NCBI GenBank assembly: GCA_963727525.1
Contig: CAVSGO010000005.1
Location: forward strand, 756,262 to 820,261
Direction: 5' to 3'
Length of the DNA: 64,000 nucleotides
DNA from: an uncultured bacterium
Lineage (GTDB): Bacteria > Krumholzibacteriota > Krumholzibacteriia > LZORAL124-64-63
In this document: positions 59,185-64,000 of the stretch, one piece after another
Numbering within the stretch: position 1 is the first letter of the stretch
Layout: every line of letters begins with the position of its first letter
Translations under genes and position numbers: made by a program
Notes under the pieces: model-generated
What the model was told of the DNA's origin: nothing
Database searches by the model: none
Seen by the model: only the letters and a program-made list of their open reading frames with translations

Positions 59185-60422
59185 TTATTCAAATGACTTT
59201 AAATGTGCCAACCGTTTTAACAAAGGAGGATGCGAATAGTTGAAAAAAACATAAGCCGGATGCGGAGTTAAATTGCTCAGATTTTTAACCGACAGCTTTT
59301 TTAACGCCGATGCCAATGATTTTGGATTATGATTAACAGCTGCAAAAGCATCTGCCTGAAATTCATTTTTGCGCGATAACATATTTATAAACATTCCCAG
59401 AAACAAATGAAATCGGAGAATACAAAATTCCAAATGCAACCAAACCAATATGAAAATTAGGTTCCTCAACTCCCAGTGCCTGGCTGAGATTTGGATTATT
59501 GATAAACAGCGAAAAAACAAACAATACAATTCCTGCCTGTATTAATGAAAGAAAAATCCCCTGAATAACATGTTTCTTTTTGTAATGCCCGATTTCGTGC
59601 GCCAAGAACCGACACTATTTCTTCAGTTTCCATTTCTTTCATCAGAGTATCGTACAATACAATTCTTTTTTTTGCACCAAATCCGGTAAAATAAGCATTC
59701 GCTTTTGTCGAACGTTTTGAGCCATTAATCACATAAATATTATCGATTTTAAATCCAACTTTTTCTGCAAAATTTTTAATTGCAGTCCGCAGTTCGCCTT
59801 CTTCAAGCCGTGTTTGTTTATTAAAAAGCGGAACAATAATATTGGAATAAAAAAGTGACATAAAAATACTGAAAATGGCCACAACCACCCATGCATAAAT
59901 CCAAAACATTTCCTGCGTTTTCTGGTAAATAAAAATAATCAGCGCCAGCAAACCACCGCCAATTATAGCGCTCAGCAACCACCCTTTAATTTTATCGAAA
60001 ATAAATGTTCTGGGTTTGGTTTTGTTAAAACCATATTTTTCTTCAATAACAAAAGTGTGATAAACTGAAAACGGAATGGTCAGAATATCAGAAGCAAACA
60101 TAATAATTCCGAAAAAAATTAAAGCCGCCAAAATTGGACTTGAAGTTAAACTCCAGGCAATCTGATTAACAAAAGCAAATCCATAAAACAGAATCATAAA
60201 AAGAACCAGAATAAAGCTAAATCCTCCGGAAATCAATCCAAACCGATGATTTTCACGTTGATAAGCTTGTTGTTCTTTATATTTTTGCTGATCATAAATT
60301 CCCCGGACTTCATCTGGCAGCTTGTCTTTCATCTGCCTGGTGTTCAGATAATCGAGAAAACTTTCAAAAACAAAATCAAGAATAACAATGGCAATTATAA
60401 TCCAAAAAATAATTTCATGCAT
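59185..60422 (-). CDS. M48 (Ste24-type) zinc metallopeptidase (frameshifted)
   Basis: SKRSTKANAYFTG, HEIGH, EFQADAFA and SHPP. Confidence 0.92.
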
Positions 60423-60601
60423 TTTAAAACGGCTGCTGTTAAAAAAAACAAATATAAACAACATTGCTCACCGAATCCAAATAATACCGGTAGTTTAGGC
60501 GTTTTAAATCCTTTTTCAAAAATTCATTTTTCTGCTACTGTTCTTTTTCGTAAAATTGTATAGAATTCACTAATCTACAATCAATTAAAAATGATACCAA
60601 T

Positions 60602-61366
60602 ATGAAAACTAATTTAATTTTACTGCTTGTACTGTTGTTTTTTGGTTGCTCCATTGATGCGCAAAATAACAAACCAGAATTTGATAACCCCATGAAAATC
60701 CTGGTTTTCACAAAAACAAACGGTTACCGGCATGCTTCAATTTCGCAGGGGCTGAAAATGTTGTACGACCAAAGTCCGAAACAAAACTGGATTATTACAG
60801 CTACTGAAGATGCTTCACTTTTCACCGATGATTTTTTGTCGCATTTCGATGTGGTGGTATTTTTAAATCCAACCGGTGATGCCATTGAAGACCAGGGCCA
60901 GGATGCATTTGAAAGTTACATTAAAAAAGGAAAAGGTTTTGTAGCAATTCATGCGGCTGCCGATTTTGAATACGACTGGCCTTTTTACGGAAAACTTGTA
61001 GGCGGTTGGTTCAAAATTCATCCGCCGGCACAGGAAGCAACAGTGGTTTTCGAAAATTTCGATCATCCGGCAATGAAACCCTTTAAAGGAATGAAATCAT
61101 ACACCACATTCGATGAGTGGTACACATTCAAGAAAAATCCGCGGCCAAATGTGAATGTTCTGGCACATCTTGATGAAAGCACCATTAAAAAATACGATAA
61201 CGAAGAGTGGAAAATGGACGATCATCCCATCATCTGGTGGCACGAAATGGACGGTACCCGCGCTTTTTACACTGGTTTTGGACATCCTGACGAAGCTTTT
61301 CAGGATGAAAAAATAATAGAGCATATTAAAAATGCCATCAACTGGGCCGGAAGAAGAATTGATTAA
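60602..61366 (+). CDS. ThuA-domain protein
   Basis: ILVFTKTNGYRHASI, IHAAAD, DEWY and YTGFGH. Intact. Confidence 0.88.
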   Translation: MKTNLILLLVLLFFGCSIDAQNNKPEFDNPMKILVFTKTNGYRHASISQGLKMLYDQSPKQNWIITATEDASLFTDDFLSHFDVVVFLNPTGDAIEDQGQDAFESYIKKGKGFVAIHAAADFEYDWPFYGKLVGGWFKIHPPAQEATVVFENFDHPAMKPFKGMKSYTTFDEWYTFKKNPRPNVNVLAHLDESTIKKYDNEEWKMDDHPIIWWHEMDGTRAFYTGFGHPDEAFQDEKIIEHIKNAINWAGRRID

Positions 61367-61426
61367 CATACAATAGGATAAAATTACAGGGGCAGCCGGT
61401 TAAGCTGCCCTTTTATCTTTTTAATA

Positions 61427-63036
61427 ATGAAGTACATATACCTGTTTTTTCTTGCTTTGCTTTTTTCCTGTTCCTCCAGGAATGAAAAACCTGCTGAAAT
61501 AAACATTATTCCGCAACCCAATAAAATTGTACAGGAAAAGGGAATGCTGAAAATTGATGAAAAAGCAGATTTATCAGTTAATAATGAAAAGCTGCTGCCT
61601 TTTGCAAACCTCTTTATTGAGCAGCTAAAACAGACACAGGAAATACAAATTTCGGAAGATAAAAATGCGCTCATTTCGCTTCAGCTACTTGAACCTCTTC
61701 AAAAATCGGAATCGTATATTTTACAGATTTCACGAAAAATAGAAATATCGGCACATTCAGTCAACGGAATTTTTAATGGATTGCAGTCGTTGCGGCAATT
61801 AATTCTTTTTGCTGAAAGAAACGAAAATGAAATTTATTTGCCTGTTGTAACCATAAAAGATGAACCACGTTTTGGCTGGCGCGGATTAATGCTCGACGAG
61901 TCACGCCATTTTTTCGGAGCAGAAAAGGTAAAGCAGATTCTGGATTTAATGGCGCTTCATAAATTAAACGTGTTTCACTGGCATTTGACCGATGTTCCCG
62001 GCTGGCGGATTGAAATTAAAAAATACCCAAAACTGACAGAAATTGGAGGCAGGGGAAATCATACCGATCCAAATGCACCAGCCCGGTTTTATACGCAGGA
62101 TGAAATTAGGGAGATAGTGAATTATGCATCGGCGCGCTGCATCGAAATTATTCCCGAAATTGATATGCCCGGACATGCAGCAGCAGCCAACCGCGCCTAT
62201 CCTGAATATTCGGGTGGCGGTTCTGAAAAATATCCCGAATTCACTTTCAACCCGGGAAAAGAAGAAACCTATACTTACCTCACAAATATTTTACGCGAAA
62301 CGGCCAATTTATTTCCTTCGGATTACATTCATTTAGGCGGCGATGAAGTGCATTTTGGAAATGAAAACTGGAAAAATGACCCGGATGTTCAGCATTTGAT
62401 GAAACAGCAAAATCTGCCGGATTTAAAGGCGGTTGAAACATATTTTGTGCGACGAATGGCAGATTCTATCCGGTCGCTTGGAAAAACAGTTGCTGGCTGG
62501 GACGAAATTGTGGATCATGGTTTAAATCCTGAAACATCGCTGGTTATGTGGTGGCGCCACAACATGCCCGAAAAACTGGCAGAGGCGCTGGAGAAAAATT
62601 ACAATGTTGTTCTCTGCCCGCGCATTCCGCTTTATTTCGATTTTGTGCAGGTATAATTCCCATGAATGGGGCCGGAAATGGGGCGGCGCATTTGCTTCGC
62701 TCGATTTGGTTTATCATTTTCCGCCGGATACTTTGCCGGGTTTCAATAAATATTATGACCAAATCAGCGGATTGCAGGCGAATGTCATGGACCGAGCGCA
62801 TCCAAAATAACAAACGCCTCGATTTTATGCTGAATCCTCGGCTTTCGGCACTGGCAGAAGCTGCCTGGACTACTCCGGAAAATAAAAATTTTGCAGATTT
62901 TGAAAAGCGGTTGAAAAAAATGGTCCGGTATTTTGATTCAGAAAATATTTACTATTTCAATCCTTTTCAGCAGGAATTAAATCCGGAGCCGGCAGGACCG
63001 CTGCACCAACGAAAAATTAATTGTTCAGGTAATTGA
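61427..63036 (+). CDS. GH20 beta-N-acetylhexosaminidase lipoprotein (frameshifted near the C-terminus)
   Basis: RGLMLDESRHF, HWHLTD, PEIDMPGH and HLGGDEV. Confidence 0.93.
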
Positions 63037-63054
63037 TAATTCTTGATTTAAAAT

Positions 63055-63314
63055 ATGGAAAATCAGAAACAAAAAAAGAACTTGCCAAATTAAACTCGGA
63101 ATTTTTTTAATGGTGTTCTCCGGCGTTTTCTTTGCCGCTACTTTTATAATTCCGCTGCTTGAATTCTCCGTTAAAACAAAAGTCATTTATCCACCACCAG
63201 CCTGGTGCTTATGGAAGTGGTATTCTGGGCCGGCGGGTTATTGGTTGGAAAAGAACTGTTTACCAAATATAAAAACCAACTGAACCCCAAAAACTGGTTT
63301 AAAAAGAATGAATA
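63055..63314 (+). CDS. Small two-TM hypothetical protein (frameshifted)
   Basis: Hydrophobic fragments ending GGLLVGKELFTKYK. Confidence 0.5.
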
Positions 63315-63484
63315 AAACCTTTCACGTTGAGCGAATTAAAACCTGTAACAGTGAGTGTAGTCGAACTGTGAATCAAAAGGAACCTCACCTTAATCTGAAT
63401 TGATGCAATAAAATTATTTACCTGCCATTTTTTTGAAAATACAAAAGATTAAAACATCTTTATCTCGAAATTATTTGAAACAAA

Positions 63485-64000
63485 ATGAAAAGTTACAGTT
63501 TTAATCCCAACATATTTATTTGCTTTAGTTGCACTGTTTTCAGGATGTCAGATTAAATCAAAAAGCAAACACCACCAGTTACGAGAAAAAGGACAGTACT
63601 CTGGATTGTTGTGTTTCGTCTGTACCTGCACGGTTTGGCGCTCTGGATTATGAAACAAAACCGGTTCCTGAAATTAAATATTGATTCGCTAAAAAAGAAG
63701 CAATCCGCTTTTAAACGAAATGATTTATGTTCCCGGTGGGGTTTTCCGGATGGGTGCACGAGATGCAAATTTTGCCCGGGAGGATGAATACCCGGTGCAC
63801 CCAGTAAAAGTGAACAGTTTTTTAATCGATCCGCACCCGGTAACAAATGCACAATTTCAAAAATTTGTGGATGAAACAGGCTATATTACCACTGCTGAAA
63901 AAGATGTAAACTGGCAGGAATTGAAAAAACAACTGCCTCCGGGAACTCCAAAACCTGCTGATAGTTTATTAAAAGCTTCATCGCTGGTTTTTACACCACC
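63485..64000 (+). CDS. Formylglycine-generating enzyme (SUMF1/FGE-sulfatase) family lipoprotein, runs off the window (frameshifted)
   Basis: HPVTNAQFQKFVDETGYITTAEK...LPPGTPKP...SLVFTP. Confidence 0.8.

Overview
The window has two parts. Bases 1 to about 2448 are very GC-rich (roughly 70% by eye). They carry a citrate-lyase operon fragment (fused citD-citE, then citF running off the left edge) and an upstream cluster of DnaA-box-like 9-mers. At about 2449 the sequence switches abruptly, in the middle of an IS4-family transposase, to AT-rich Bacteroidota DNA with TAnnTTTG promoters and SusC/SusD genes; a Prolixibacteraceae/Marinilabiliales-like origin is my inference. The switch looks like a contig join or chimera. 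The accessory block from 2.4 to 20.5 kb, ending at tRNA-Arg(TCT), contains an OMP, a PAS histidine kinase, an HU-like protein, a nested 7/8-mer repeat array, an RclA/MerA-like oxidoreductase and an ECF-sigma/FecR/SusC/SusD/phytase locus. The remainder is mostly core genome: asnA, ndk, recF, ribH, yidC, pyrG, flavodoxin, 2-oxoacid dehydrogenase E1/E2, pyrD/pyrK, a BlaI-M56/TonB cluster, AsmA, cinA, M48, ThuA, GH20 and FGE. From about 10.3 kb onward most genes are broken by indels that look like uncorrected long-read errors, so those coordinates are approximate. The most interesting signals are non-coding: a higher-order repeat array and repeat-patchwork spacers (3.5-8.2 kb), several sRNA candidates with anti-start-region seeds, a symmetric 6+6 array of 11-mers, and BlaI-type operators over a TonB cluster. 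The phytase-SusCD locus is the most interesting coding system.
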